A stretch of DNA of 64,000 bases from Octopus sinensis (lineage: Eukaryota), in contig NC_043004.1 in the NCBI RefSeq assembly GCF_006345805.1, positions 98,518,001 through 98,582,000 on the forward strand, given 5' to 3'. Below, one piece after another: positions 27,121 through 39,693 of the stretch. The notes beneath the pieces were generated by a model, which worked only from the letters and a program-made list of their open reading frames with translations, did not search any database and was not told the origin of the DNA. Both the position numbers and the translations under genes were made by a program. Within the stretch, counting starts at the first letter, position 1. Each line of letters starts with the position of its first letter.

Positions 27121-27545
27121 CATACTCTTTTACTTGTTTCAGTCATTAGACTGAGGCCATGCTGGAGCACTGCCTTTAGTCGAGCAAATCGACCCCAGGA
27201 CTTATTCGTTGTAAGACTAGTACTTATTCTATCCGTCTCTTTTTGCTGAAGCACTAAGTTACAGGAACATATACACACCAGCATTGGTTGTCAAGCAATG
27301 TTGGTGGGGAAAAACAGACATGCAAACATATAAACACACACATACATACATGTACATATATATATATATGCACACATATACGATGGGCTTCTTTCAGTTT
27401 CTTTCTACCAAATCCTCTCACAAGGTTTTGGTCGACCCGAAGCTATAGTAGAAGACACTTGCCCAAGGTGCCATGCAGTGGGACTGAACCCGGAACTATG
27501 TGGTTCGTAAGAAAGCTACTTACCACACAGCCACTCCTACACCTA
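27121..27545 (-). mobile_element. SINE family A (older)
   Basis: Diverged full copy within the Helitron. Confidence 0.85.
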
Positions 27546-27942
27546 TATATCTAAATAATATTTGACTAATGATGTTCCCCAAGGTAATTTCTACTATAAA
27601 TAAAAGCTTATAAAACATTAGGTGTAAAACCTTTTCAATAAGGAAAAAAAGCAAAGAAGCTGTCTGCAAGTGCCCTTTCTGTAAGCCAGATAGACAAGTT
27701 GCCAATTATTCTTAAGCACTTTCTTGTCTTTTCTAACATCATATTAAATGCTTTACTGTTATCAACAAGGTTTGTTGAATAGGTAGAGCTATAATGTCAT
27801 TCTTGACTGGCAAAAAATATCAGCTGAGTCTTCATTAATTCACCTCCTTTGTGTCTTATCGAAGGACATATTAGATAATGTAGTCCTGTGTTCATACACA
27901 TAGGAAAAATATGGATGTCATAACTGGAATGCATCTCACTCA

Positions 27943-28308
27943 CTATACTCTTTACTCTTTTACTTGTTTCAGTCATTTGACTGCGGCCATGCTGTAGCAC
28001 CGCCTTTAGTCGAGCAAATCGACCTCGGGACTTATTCTTTGTAAGCCTAGTACTTATTCTATCAGTCTCTTTTGCCGAACCGCTAAGTGACGGGGACGTA
28101 AACACACCAGCATCAGTTGTCAAGCAATGCTAGGAGGACAAACACACACACACATACACATATATATATATACATATATACGACAGGCTTCTTTCAGTTT
28201 CCGTCTACCAAATCCACTCACAAGGCATTGGTCGACCCGGGGCTATAGCAGAAGACACTTGCCCAAGATGCCACGCAGTGGGAGTGAACCCGGAACCATG
28301 TGGTTGGT
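27943..28308 (-). mobile_element. SINE family A
   Basis: Lacks extreme 5' end; within the Helitron. Confidence 0.9.
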
Positions 28309-30203
28309 TATTCTTTCTTTTGCTTTTATTTTCTCTCTCGCTCTCTCTTTCTCTCTCAAATATTGCTTAGTCTATGTGTGTAGGGTCTCCTAACCCAGTA
28401 ACAGAGCCAAACCTCTACAACATTTGTAAAACAGAATGTTAAATTCTTGGATCTGAAGTAAAACCCATTGTAGTGAATCAGAACAGTAAATGCACCAAGA
28501 ATTTCCTGAAGACTCCAGTGTCAACGTAACAGTTGAGGTTGAAGGAAAACCATTCTATAGAAGGATTCTAGTATGTTAAGTTCACAGCAAACATCTCTCA
28601 TTTAAATGCAACTCTTTCATTCATTTTCCCATACCCTTTGTGAAATACATCTTCAAGTATATTGACAAAGGACAAAGCTATGTGCTGATGCAAATACAAG
28701 AACTCAATTTTTCCACCTATTATGCAAGAATGCAGTACATATATATATATAGTCATTACATCAGTTCTCCATAAGTAGTGTGAAAGGTGCTGGAATACAA
28801 AATGTTTAATAGATCATATGTGGCGATTCATCCTCTAGTATATCATGGCTGACTTACTTGCTTACTTTCAAGAAAGTGGTGACAGAGAAGTAGTTCACTA
28901 TGGTAAAAATAGAAGCACTTCATTCAGAACATGGTTCTTTCTAAATGGGACTGCAGTGCACAAGAGCTTCTCTGAAATTGAAGGAAAACAAAAGCAGGGA
29001 AACAGAGAATGCAGAGAGAAAATAGAAATAATCTATGGAAAGCATACATGACATCTAAATGAGACGGTAATTTTTATGTCAGTTTAATATATCATGTAAA
29101 ATAATCTACACACTTTGAGAACATTTGTACAATGGCAATGTTCACAATATTTACAAGGCTGCTAAATAATGATGAAGAATGGGTTTGATGTATATAAGAA
29201 GTGACTGAAGTTAAAATGCCTTCTAAATAAAAGAAATGTTTGCCTGCAAAAGTAGTCCAGATAGATTGAGTGATCTGCTGCTATTTCAATAGTTCCGGTA
29301 GTACTTTATTCAGGATTTCAAAGCAGAAGGTAAAACAAATGGAGAAGCATACAGCAGTTCACTACATGACATTCAACAAATGCTCATTATTTATATTATA
29401 TGCTGCTATAACTTAGGAATCATTGAATGTGTGCCAATTTTTAGTAATGATAAAAATGAAGTTCATTCTGAGAATACTGCTGTGTAGATGTTATTATACA
29501 AAGGTAAATGAGCTGCAATGTTATCCATTTGACAGCATCATAGAATATGTAGATGATGATGATGTATAGCATTGGTTCTAATTCCTTAATGGCCCAGGAA
29601 ATTTGGGTAAAAAAAATACAACATAATTTTAGGATGTTGCAATGTAGATGGCAGGAATGCCAATAACTGTCATTGTTGCTTATTTGTTAAAGAATTACAA
29701 GACAGTTCGCAGTTGGTTGAAATTCACTGTAAATACTATTCTTAAGATATAGTATGAGATACAGTATGACTTCCTGTATCATCATTTTAATTAGGAAAAT
29801 TCCTTTAGAAGATTCTCAGTAATTAGAATGAGGCTGCTCTGCTGGTAATGCACGATGTGCCGATACTTTCTGTGAATGCAATATGTAATTTAAATATTTT
29901 TACTGAGAACTACAATGACGGAAAATATGCTACTTAAACTTTTGGTCTGAAACCTTTATCAAAGAGAATGTGAAGTATCGAGAGACTCCAGTATGGGCTT
30001 AAATGAAATTTGCACAAAATAACCACCCCTGTGGACATATATGAAAACTCCCAATTATGAAAACTCTTATTTGCGCAAGCTCACATGGTGGTGCTGCATT
30101 TAATCATTGGTGCCAACAGATATTACCATCATCTTGAATGAAGATATAATAGGAATTTAATGACTGTGAATGAGCAGCAATTCTTTTGAATAAGTTTACA
30201 AGA

Positions 30204-30597
30204 AGGCGCAGGAGTGGCTGTGTGGTAAGTAGCTTGCTAACCAGCCACATGGTTCCGGGTTCAGTCCCACTGCGTGGCATCTTGGGCAAGTGTCTTCTGC
30301 TATGGCCCCGGGCCGACCAATGCCTTGTGAGTGAATTTGGTAGATGGAAACTGAAAGAAGCCTGTCGTATATATATATATGTATGTGTGTTTGTGTTTGT
30401 CCCCCTAGCATTGCTTGACAACCGATGGTGGTGTGTTTACGTCCCCGTCACTTAGCAGTTCGGCAAAAGAGACCAATAGAATAAGTACTGGTCTTACAAA
30501 AGAATAAGTCCCGGGGTCGATTTGCTCGACTAAAGGCGGTGCTCCAGCATGGCCGCAGTCAAATGACTGAAACAAGTAAAAGAGTAAAAGAGTAAGA
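30204..30597 (+). mobile_element. SINE family A
   Basis: Full copy within the Helitron helicase. Confidence 0.9.
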
Positions 30598-31483
30598 AAA
30601 TAAAGTTAACCAAAAACCCAAAATGATATGAGACTAAACTCCAAAAGTTCTGAATCACTTATAAGGTGAAACAGTAAAATATAAGGGTGCAGGCATCATC
30701 GCAGTTTGAAAATGGGTAAGCTGTAAATTAATCTCAATCAATTTTTTTAACCAACTTACTCATCATGAGCTAAAGCTAAAAGTTAGTTGAATCAAAATTT
30801 GATGCATAACTTTAGTCCTATAAAATGGCTACTTAATAATACTAGATCTGTTGTCTGGATTTTAGCAATCAATAACACCATTGCAGAAATCTTCACTTGA
30901 AGCAGAAGAGGAGTGAATTTAACACTAAATGATTTAACATTATCCTTTACTTTGATAAGGAGAAGGCTTCCATTTATTCCCTCATTTCCTATAAATCTTA
31001 ACAAGTCTCTTTGTTGGTCATTTGATGTAGTTGGAATACATTTGTCAAATCCAGTATTTAGTCATGGTCAACTGCATGTACCTTTAAGCAGTCCTAACAA
31101 TAACAACAGTGGCATAGAGTGGGTTTTGTTAATTCTGTGCAGTAGTTAAACTAGCTGCCCCATTTCTTAAACACAATATACCTTATACTACAGCAAACAC
31201 ATGTATATAAGGTGGCCACTTTGTGTAGTCGGCACATTCAGCACATCCACACCTCACATGACACTACTGCCTTCATAAAGTATATATATATATATATATA
31301 TATGGCCAGATAACCAAAGAGATGGTGTTGTGGATTTCCACTTCGGCATCCGAAACTCAGAGTTTTATCTTGACTATTGAATAATTGTAACATATTATTT
31401 TATAGATAAATTTCCTCTATTTACATAATATTGAGGTCTCTCTCTTTCTTTTGTTATCTTACCGTTTTTAACAATATATATAT

Positions 31484-31527
<44 letters not shown>

Positions 31528-31809
31528 AATGATACCTAAAGTATTGGTGAGTCAGCAATGTTTATGCATATAATAAAGTTCATTCAATAGTAAGTGCATC
31601 GACAGCTAAAGTTTATGGATATATTACTATAGTAAAAGTTTAAGATTTAAAAAGACAAATGCTATTCTTAAAGAATAGTTTCATGCACACTTACAAGTCT
31701 CAGAGTAACATATGAGGTTAACTTCCTGTATCTTACAATATATGTTATATTGAAGAAAAAGGAAATATTTAATGCAAATGTCAATCTGTACTATTATGTA
31801 ATATGTTAT

Positions 31810-31980
31810 AAATATCACTGAAAACTATAGCTATTGTCATGTTTTGAAATAATGGATCTGTATTCTTTAAAATAATACCAAATGCAGATATTCCTGTAAA
31901 GCAAATTCTCTACCTCCTTATGAGATGTGAATACTACTTGGATATGCAGCTGTAGCATATTAGAAATGTAATATTGCATA
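31810..31980 (-). pseudogene. LRR-like exon remnant
   Basis: ttgcag| then CNITFLICYSCISK*YSHLIRR*RICF; two stops; 3' boundary uncertain. Confidence 0.3.
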
Positions 31981-32217
31981 CTGCAACCAGTATCGTAATG
32001 TGAAATACAAATATCGCTTTACATTTCTATATTCTATATTATACTATAAAATGTAAATATTATCTTTATTTCCAACCTCTGCTATATTATGATACATAAA
32101 AATGATCCTGAAAAATATAACCAGTGCAACGTTGTATAATGCCATAAATATTTATGTGTACATTTACAGAGACACAGCCATACTCTCATGCACATACTTA
32201 CATATATACATGATGTA

Positions 32218-33702
32218 CAAGGTTTAAACAAAATAATGGAAGCACCATTTTATTTAATTACATTTTCTATTGGCAATATGACCAATTCAAAACTCTTCTG
32301 GTCTGTGTATATGTGTTCCTACATATTATGTACACCTTGCTTTTCATAATATAGTTCTCTGATATTTTTCTCAGATATTTAAATTTAAGTTAAAATGTGT
32401 GACCCATGTGATTTCCAAAGAGGACAAACTGCTGGTATACTGATAGTTAGAGCTTTAGTCATCAGCTGAAATTACTGCATTGTTTAATGGTTTTTGAAAT
32501 GCAGTGTCTGGAAATTATGTTGGTTTTCCAAAACCAAAGTAAAACCACTCTGGTATGCATAATTCTGGATAGAAGTCAAAATGCACAGTGGGATAGAATA
32601 GTGAAAGATATTGTTCTTAAAAAGTACCAAACTACAACAATGAAAATGACAGAAGAACTAAAGTATCAACCAAAGCCATTTGTTATGAGCCCCAGGGCAA
32701 TTACTAAATATCCTGTCCCCTAGCAATATCAATATGAAGTAAAAATGATGTCTAGATTACCAAGAGTGGTATGGGACGCAATAGAACAATGTAATCTTCT
32801 CTGATGAATCATTATTCATGCTTTTTTCCTATTTTGTGGGGATTTTATGCTTCTAGACATCTCAAAGAAACTGTTATTCCTAACTCTTTGGCCCCTATGG
32901 TAAATCATAGAGATGGGTTTGTAATAATTAAGGCAGCCATATCACCAAGAATCCTCTTGGCCCTTTAGATGTTCTACATGCCAGGACTAACGCTGTAGAT
33001 TATTTGAGTATTTTGGAGATCATTTTCATCCGATGATACAAACGTTGTTCTCTGATGGTAGCACAAATTCTAGGAAGATTATGCACCAATTGAAACTGCA
33101 AATGTTATCCAAAAGTGGCATGAAGAGCACAAAAGGGACGTAGACTACATGGATTAACCCCGACAAATAATGGATCTCATAATAATCGAACATGTGTTGA
33201 GAATTTTAGTGCAGCAAGTAAGCAACCAATTCACGCTGACTATCACTGAAAGAACTAAAGCAGGTTCTATGTGAAGAACTGTTATGGGTTGACCTGATAC
33301 CCCCATACGTGACTGTCAGTGAATTGGACGAGTCATAAATAGATTGAGCCAGATGACAGTTGAGGGCGAACTGTGAGAGCGTTAATCTCATTATTGATTC
33401 TGCATTGGAGTATTGGATTGTTTATTGTGTGAACCCTTATAATAAGATAACCAACTCTTGTTACATTGCTTATTGTTATACGGTTGTATTTGGTATTTTG
33501 ATATATTGTTCCACACACACATCATATATCGCCACTGACGATATAACAAGAACATATCAATATTTTTCTCACGATCTTTCACAACAAGTTCGAATCAATT
33601 CCGGGGTGTATTAAAGCTGTGATCGCTGCCAAAGGAGGAACAACTCCATATTACATAATAAAACCTTTTCACTAGGTGATCCTACCACTTCGTCAGCACC
33701 AG
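32218..33702 (+). mobile_element. Older decayed Tc1-type DD36E copy
   Basis: Left end caaggtttaaacaaaataatggaagcacc resembles the 48373 TIR; DFQRGQ, SDESLF, EDYAPI..DLIIIE, AVIAAKGGTTPY. Confidence 0.85.
33280..33548. mobile_element. Solo LTR (269 bp) with 5-bp TSD
   Basis: TGTTAT...ATAACA termini; AGAAC at 33275-33279 and 33549-33553; excision restores the host transposase frame. Confidence 0.85.
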
Positions 33703-33796
33703 TATGCATGTATAGAAACAAATATGCATACACATATATATTTAGAAGCATATATCGATATATGTCTTCCCTTCTCTGGATCTTTCCTTCTCCTAT

Positions 33797-33831
33797 GTTT
33801 CTGACGAAGAGCTCCGCTCGAAACGTTAAAC
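33797..33831 (+). ncRNA. Minimal type I hammerhead ribozyme motif
   Basis: GUUU CUGACGA A GAGC ucc GCUC GAAAC GUU AAAC; loopless palindromic stem III (ACGU). Confidence 0.75.
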
Positions 33832-33931
33832 CCTCCTTCTTTCCTTCTTTCCTGAGCGTCCAATAATACTATATTTGTTCCATGTCCTTGCGTTGTTGTG
33901 GTTTTTTTTTACCTTTTATGTTTGGATATAA

Positions 33932-33976
<45 letters not shown>

Positions 33977-34088
33977 ATATATATAATCTATATATATATA
34001 ATATTATATATATATATATATATTGTTTGTAGGAAACATAAATCCAGAGAAGCACACTCTATGATATAGAGCAGTATATATATTTTTA

Positions 34089-34314
34089 CTGGGGAAGGCC
34101 GGCTTACGGGATTACCTTGGGTTTCCTATCCATAAAGGGTTTAACTTTATGGCTTATCATCAGACCCCGGAACCTGTTGGCCTAAGACCTCTTCAAAATA
34201 TATCTTTTGAAGAGGTCATAGGCCAACAGGTTTTGGGGTCTGACGGTACGTCATAAAGTTAAACCCTTTATGGATAGAAAACCCAAGGTAATCCCGTAAG
34301 CTGGCCTTCCCCAG
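34089..34314. mobile_element. Near-perfect palindromic (fold-back) element
   Basis: ~108-bp arms around aatatatc with few mismatches; no TSD seen. Confidence 0.75.
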
Positions 34315-34494
34315 ACAAAATGCATATGTACGTATATATATATATATATCTATATATATATATATATATATACAAAGGTTATACATATTTTGTTTTAGTA
34401 TTTTTATGTATGTGATGTAAGTACATACTTCGTATAATGTTCAAGGAAATCAAAATTATGATAGAAAGGTAACTGCAGAGAAAATATTCATTTC

Positions 34495-34700
34495 AAATTT
34501 TGACACAAGGCTAGCAATTTTGATGGAGGGGATAAGTCGATTACATTGATCCTAGTGTTCAAATGCTACTTATTTTATTGACTTCAAAAAAGTTAAAAAC
34601 CGACCTCAGCAGAATTTGAACTCAGAACATAAAAACAGATGAAACGCCTCGAAGAACTATTGTCTGGCGGGATAATGAGTCCACCAACTCGCCACTTTGA
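34495..34700 (-). mobile_element. SINE family B (older)
   Basis: gataagtcgattacattga...gaatttgaactcagaac. Confidence 0.7.
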
Positions 34701-35353
34701 TTTCAGAGAAAATATAAATATTTATAATATATTAGTATGCTTTATAAATAGTCTATTCTTTCACATTTTTGTCAGTTTCGTCAGAAGCTAATATTTCAAA
34801 CCCTTTAAGACAGCGTTTCAACTGATTCCAGTCACAACAGAATTGAATAAAAGGAAGTAAAAGCGATAGAACAAATTAGATTCCTATGGGAACAAAACTG
34901 GCATTACAAACAGTAAAAGTAAGAATAGAGAAAAGATTGTTATTTCATCTTGAGAAGAAGACAAGCAGATGTAGTAGCATGGTGTATGATTCAGTACCAT
35001 CACACACAGATATATAAGACTATACAACCAAGTAAATATAGTATACAAGTAAAAAATAATATCTGAATAAATACGGTAATAAGCTAAATAAAATATATGC
35101 TTCGATACATTACTAATGGTCACGTGGTATATAACTGTGTGTGTGTGTCAGTTTTAACATAGATGCATACATACATACACGTATTATTCATATACGTATA
35201 TGCATTCATACTCATCTCCATCTCTTTATATATATATATATATATTCATATATATATGTGTGTGTGTGTATGTATTTGTTTTCAGGAGTAAGCAGTATAC
35301 ACTCTTACACGTTTCAGTCATTTGACTGCGGCCATGCTGGAGCACCGCCTTTG

Positions 35354-35397
<44 letters not shown>

Positions 35398-35419
35398 TCG
35401 CCAAGTTAAATATTTAAAC

Positions 35420-35483
35420 CACCTGATGAATGACTGCGACTCAAAAATTTGAAGATGTTAGCAGGCATGAAACGATCGTAGTG
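35420..35483 (+). ncRNA. Hammerhead ribozyme motif with long stem II loop
   Basis: CAC CUGAUGA AUGACUGC..GCAGGCAU GAAAC gauc GUA GUG; stem II 7/8. Confidence 0.65.
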
Positions 35484-35909
35484 TGATATTAATTATATTT
35501 TTTTAATAATTTTTCTAAATAATATAAATTAAATAATATTATGTATTGATTAAGTTTTTCATTGTTTGATTTGCCTAATAGTGGTTTTGTCTCTAATTTA
35601 TATAATATATATATATACATATATAGCATATGCACGTTTCTATTTGTCTCTCTTCATCATAATTCAAAATAGGATAGTCTATTTAATGAAATATGTGTAA
35701 TAGGTCAGAAATGTACTTCTTTATATATGATCTCAAAATCTGACATCATAATTTGGGTATCTCGAATCACAACTTCAAAGAAGAAACAGTATGTTTGGTA
35801 TAGAGATGCTTATAAGTAGCTTTAATTTAATTATTTATATGGTAGGACAGTAGTGTAATTAAGTCTATTAAATCGGATACTTACGAACCGAAATTATCTT
35901 CGAATTTCT

Positions 35910-36200
35910 TTTAAGAATTAAGTCTTGAGTAAAAGGATCTCTAGTTTTTCAATATTGGATAAATCTTATAGTCACTTGTTTCCATGGTAAGATCAGTCCT
36001 TTACCAACATTTTTCCCTGTATATCATAAGGAATATTTCTGTCTTTTAATTTATCTTTTTTCTATCTGGGTTTCAAAATGACTGTGTGTAAATATGATAT
36101 CTGAATTTAAGGTAGCAGGTTGTTAAATCTATTTAAGGTTTATTATGATTTGGGGTTCTTGATGTGCATTCAAATGTCACATCTCTTGTGAGACAATTCA
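35910..36200 (-). mobile_element. Penelope-like GIY-YIG endonuclease remnant
   Basis: LKFRYHIYTQSF...KLKDRNIPYDIQGKML...LSNIEKLEI. Confidence 0.55.
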
Positions 36201-36763
36201 AATCTAATGATAATGATTCTTATTAACATAACTGCCGCTTGTATCCTTACTTTAATTATAAATTATTGTAGGAACAGTACTCGTTAATTCAGCTCCATTC
36301 GAAGATGTTATAATGTGAGGTGTGGTGAAATACTATGACTTAGCAGTATCACCGAAAAAAAAATTATAATATATTCTAAATAATATATAAATAATGAAAT
36401 TATTGTATACAGTGCTCAGGTGCACCACGACTTGTCAAAAGTGCGTATAAAGCATATGCAGTAATGTACAAATGTCTGAAAGTGAACAGTGTATGAGTCA
36501 GATACATGCTTGCGTGTGCATGGAGGGGAGAAAATCGGGAGTAGGACGTTTATCTTGTGTAATGCAAAACAGATTTTAATTATAGTTGATACTGATTTCT
36601 TATTACATTCCAAACTATAACAACTAATATCTCGTGCAGTTTTTTTCTAATTCTATACCTGTAGTTAATAAAATATATCTCATTCTTATATCCATTACAG
36701 AACAATGTTCACACACACACACACACACACACAGACACATAGTATCTATCATATACATAGTAG

Positions 36764-37141
36764 TGGAGGCGCAATGGCCCAGTGGTTAGGGCAGCGGACT
36801 CGCGGTCATAGGACCGCGGTTTCGATTCCCAGACCGGGCGTTGTGAGTGTTTATTGAGCGAAAAACACCTAAAGCTCCACGAGGCTCCGGCAGGGGATGG
36901 TGGTGATCCCTGCTGTACTCTTTCACAACAACTTTCTCTCACTTTTACTTCCTGTTTCTGTTGCACTTGTATTTCAAAGGGCCGGCCTTGTCACTCTCTG
37001 TGTCACGCTGAATATCCCCGAGAACTACGTTAAGGGTACACGTGTCTGTGGAGTGCTCAGCCACTTACACGTTAATTTCACGAGCAGGCTGTTCCGTTGA
37101 TTCGAATCAACTGGAACCCTTATCGTCGTAACCGACGGAAT
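36764..37141 (+). mobile_element. tRNA-derived SINE family C
   Basis: A box tggcccagtgg, B box gtttcgattcc, tail gtcgtaaccgacgga. Confidence 0.9.
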
Positions 37142-37627
37142 GATTCCATCCATCATATATAGTGAAAAATTAAGATAAACAACAGTATAACTATTGGGTT
37201 CCTACGTACGTTTCACCATTGCAGTTACTTGGAACTCATAAATTTTACTTATAAATTATCTCACTATGAAACTGAATATAGCTATTAGATCTCTGTAAAA
37301 AAATGCAATGAAATGCTCTCCTGGTGATCTATTGCGGTTAGGCATCAAATTGCACTTGGATCTTCCAGTGTTGAGTTCCAAGTAAACTACAATAGTGAAA
37401 CGTGTGTAGGATTTATACTGGGGTTCATCGTAATTTTTCCACTATACTTGCCCTGTATATCATAAGAAGTAACACAACCAAGCAGAGTGGTAGACTAACC
37501 GCCACACTGGAAGTTGACTGGATAATGATAGTCTACGTGAAATTCTAGCTCATACAGTAGAAATCGAATTGTACACACACGATATATGATAGACGTGTAA
37601 TATATTTAGCTAGCTACACACACACAC

Positions 37628-37674
<47 letters not shown>

Positions 37675-37689
37675 TACTTCATTGATTTT

Positions 37690-37905
37690 AGCATTGTGGA
37701 GTAAGGATTTTATAGTGATTGATTGGTTTAAGGACATTCCTAATAAGGGCCTAACTAGAATATCCGATACGAAATCAATAATTACTCTACATTTATAACA
37801 ATACCTACACATCTTATGGTTATTAAGTTTGCTGAAACAATAAGGGAGATTAATGATTTTGAAATAGACAAGTACCTTCTTTGACCTGATTTACTTTTCC
37901 AATAT
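37690..37905 (+). mobile_element. Penelope-like element RT remnant
   Basis: LWSKDFIVIDWFKDIPNK, then shifted IKFAETIREINDFEI, matching the PLE W..T..VI.WF..I.NK and AI.FA motifs. Confidence 0.6.
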
Positions 37906-38292
37906 TCCTTACTTATATCTATGTATAGAGAGAGTGTTTCTAAGCAAAGATGAAAAAATAAAAAAAACACACACGATATTTTTTTTTTCTGAAGCATTGC
38001 CGAAAAGCACACAAATTTTCAGCTATGAAGCAAAATCGATATAACAAAACACAAATCAGCAAATCTTCAAACTAGTGATCAATTAATGCAATATATATAT
38101 ATATATATATATATAATAAATATTAGGGAATAAATCCAAATTTACAGGGAAAAAAAATCAGATTTAGGATTAAATCCAATTTTATAGTAAAATATTATAA
38201 AATATTATTAGAGACAAAACCACTATTTTGCAAAACAAACAAGGAAAGACTTAATCAATACATAAAATTTTAATAAATAGTCAAAAAAACCG

Positions 38293-38335
38293 CCACTACA
38301 ATCGTTTCTTGTCTTGATCGACAATCTTCAGGTGG
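38293..38335 (-). ncRNA. Minimal type I hammerhead ribozyme motif
   Basis: CCAC CUGAAGA UUGUC gaucaa GACAA GAAAC gauu GUA GUGG; all three stems pair. Confidence 0.8.
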
Positions 38336-38573
38336 ACTTCCAATCTAAAAAATCAATATTTTAAAATATAAAAATAATAATTTTATAATAATTAAAGTAT
38401 TAATGAAAAAATATAAGTATTTAATCCATATATAACCTATATGTAATCCATATATAATCAATATATAAACAATATATAAACTAAAAAAAACCTATCAACA
38501 ATTAAATATAAACTATAAAATATAAAATATAAAATATAAAACAAAACAAATATATATGATATATATATATATA

Positions 38574-38734
38574 ATCATCTTCGTTTAACGTCCGCTTTCC
38601 ATGCTAGCATGGGTTGGACGATTTGACTGAAGTCTGGCGAACCAGATGGCTGCAGAGTTTCTACAGCTGGATGCCCTTCCTAACGCCAACCTCTCCGAGA
38701 GTGTAGTGGGTACTTTTACGTGCCATGCCACCGG

Positions 38735-38736
<2 letters not shown>
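38574..38736 (-). mobile_element. Same (GAT)n-tailed family
   Basis: Shared tail. Confidence 0.7.
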
Positions 38737-38800
<64 letters not shown>

Positions 38801-39360
38801 CACCATTCATATACTAGTGTTAGTAGGAAAAGATGTACAACATTCCGGCTGAGACAAAACCTTTCTGTATTTAACTATTTGCCCCATGATTGTTCATCAA
38901 TTTATATCAAGTGCATTAATCAATCCTATAATTCTTTTAGTGTTGTATATAGTTATGCATGTGTGTATTTGTGTATATACATACGTATGTACATATGTAT
39001 GTTTATGTGTGCTCTCACACGTATACATGATGATGACGAAATCTTCTATTGAGAATGATTAATTGGCATTCAGAAACAGGAAGCAGGACGCAACCACCTT
39101 GGATACCAAAGGAGTACAACTGCTCTCACCAGCTGTACACCTACCTTGTGCCTTCTTGAACAAGTAAAGTATAGAAATGGCGATTTTTCCATGACATAGA
39201 AGAGTTTTATACCGTAACTACGACAATGACTGCTAGCACTTTAGCAAAGAAAATATGTTATAACGGAACAACCTGCACGCAAAAATTCTTATCAACCTTG
39301 CAAGTTTGTGCAGAACCCACCTTACTCCTTATTTGTGTATTTATGTACCTATGTATGTAT

Positions 39361-39392
<32 letters not shown>

Positions 39393-39693
39393 GTGTATGT
39401 GCACGCGTACATATACTTGATGACCTATCTCGTGCAGAAATATGTTTTCAGGAAGTATGGGTTAAATTTATGCCATTTTTTTTAGTAACAGCTTAGTGTA
39501 TTGGTGCCGGAAAGCATAAAGATTAAAATTGTAGTTCGGAAAATGTTAGCCGATATCGAGGAGTGTGAGTCATTAGAATACTGGGAAAGAGTTAACTACA
39601 TGATGATGATTTGCAATGGGTATCAAAATATCAACATCATAACTGCCTCCTGTGATCTGTGAACACTGTAAATATTGTGACATGAATAGTTAC

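Larger units (their letters stand above)
26740..31110 (+). mobile_element. Decayed autonomous Helitron (Rep + Pif1 helicase), interrupted by three SINEs
   Basis: Fragments ILDWQK..IHLL, CTKNF..EGKPFYRR, VKYIFKYIDKG, YISSP, RTWFFLN, FLNGPGNLGK (Walker A-like), HELKLKV, RRRLPF..NKS..VGIHLSNPVFSHGQLHVPLS; many stops and frameshifts; 5' part weaker. Confidence 0.85.

Noticed and set aside
28483-28572. BTB-like peptide NVTVEVEGKPFYRRIL
   Set aside because: Better explained as the Helitron Rep motif (CTK.FP...G.P.YRR) given the flanking motifs.
29648-29750. Dual-specificity-phosphatase-like TVIVAYLLK
   Set aside because: Follows the Walker A-like motif and matches the Pif1 GIAATLL..GRTAHS region.
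31305-31370. Hammerhead-like module between (TA)n tracts (..catccGAAACtcagaGTT)
   Set aside because: The CUGANGA core is missing; at most a dead remnant.
36764-36835. tRNA genes at SINE heads (also 50771-50845 and others)
   Set aside because: A/B boxes are present but no acceptor-stem closure or T-run terminator; each runs into a repeat body.
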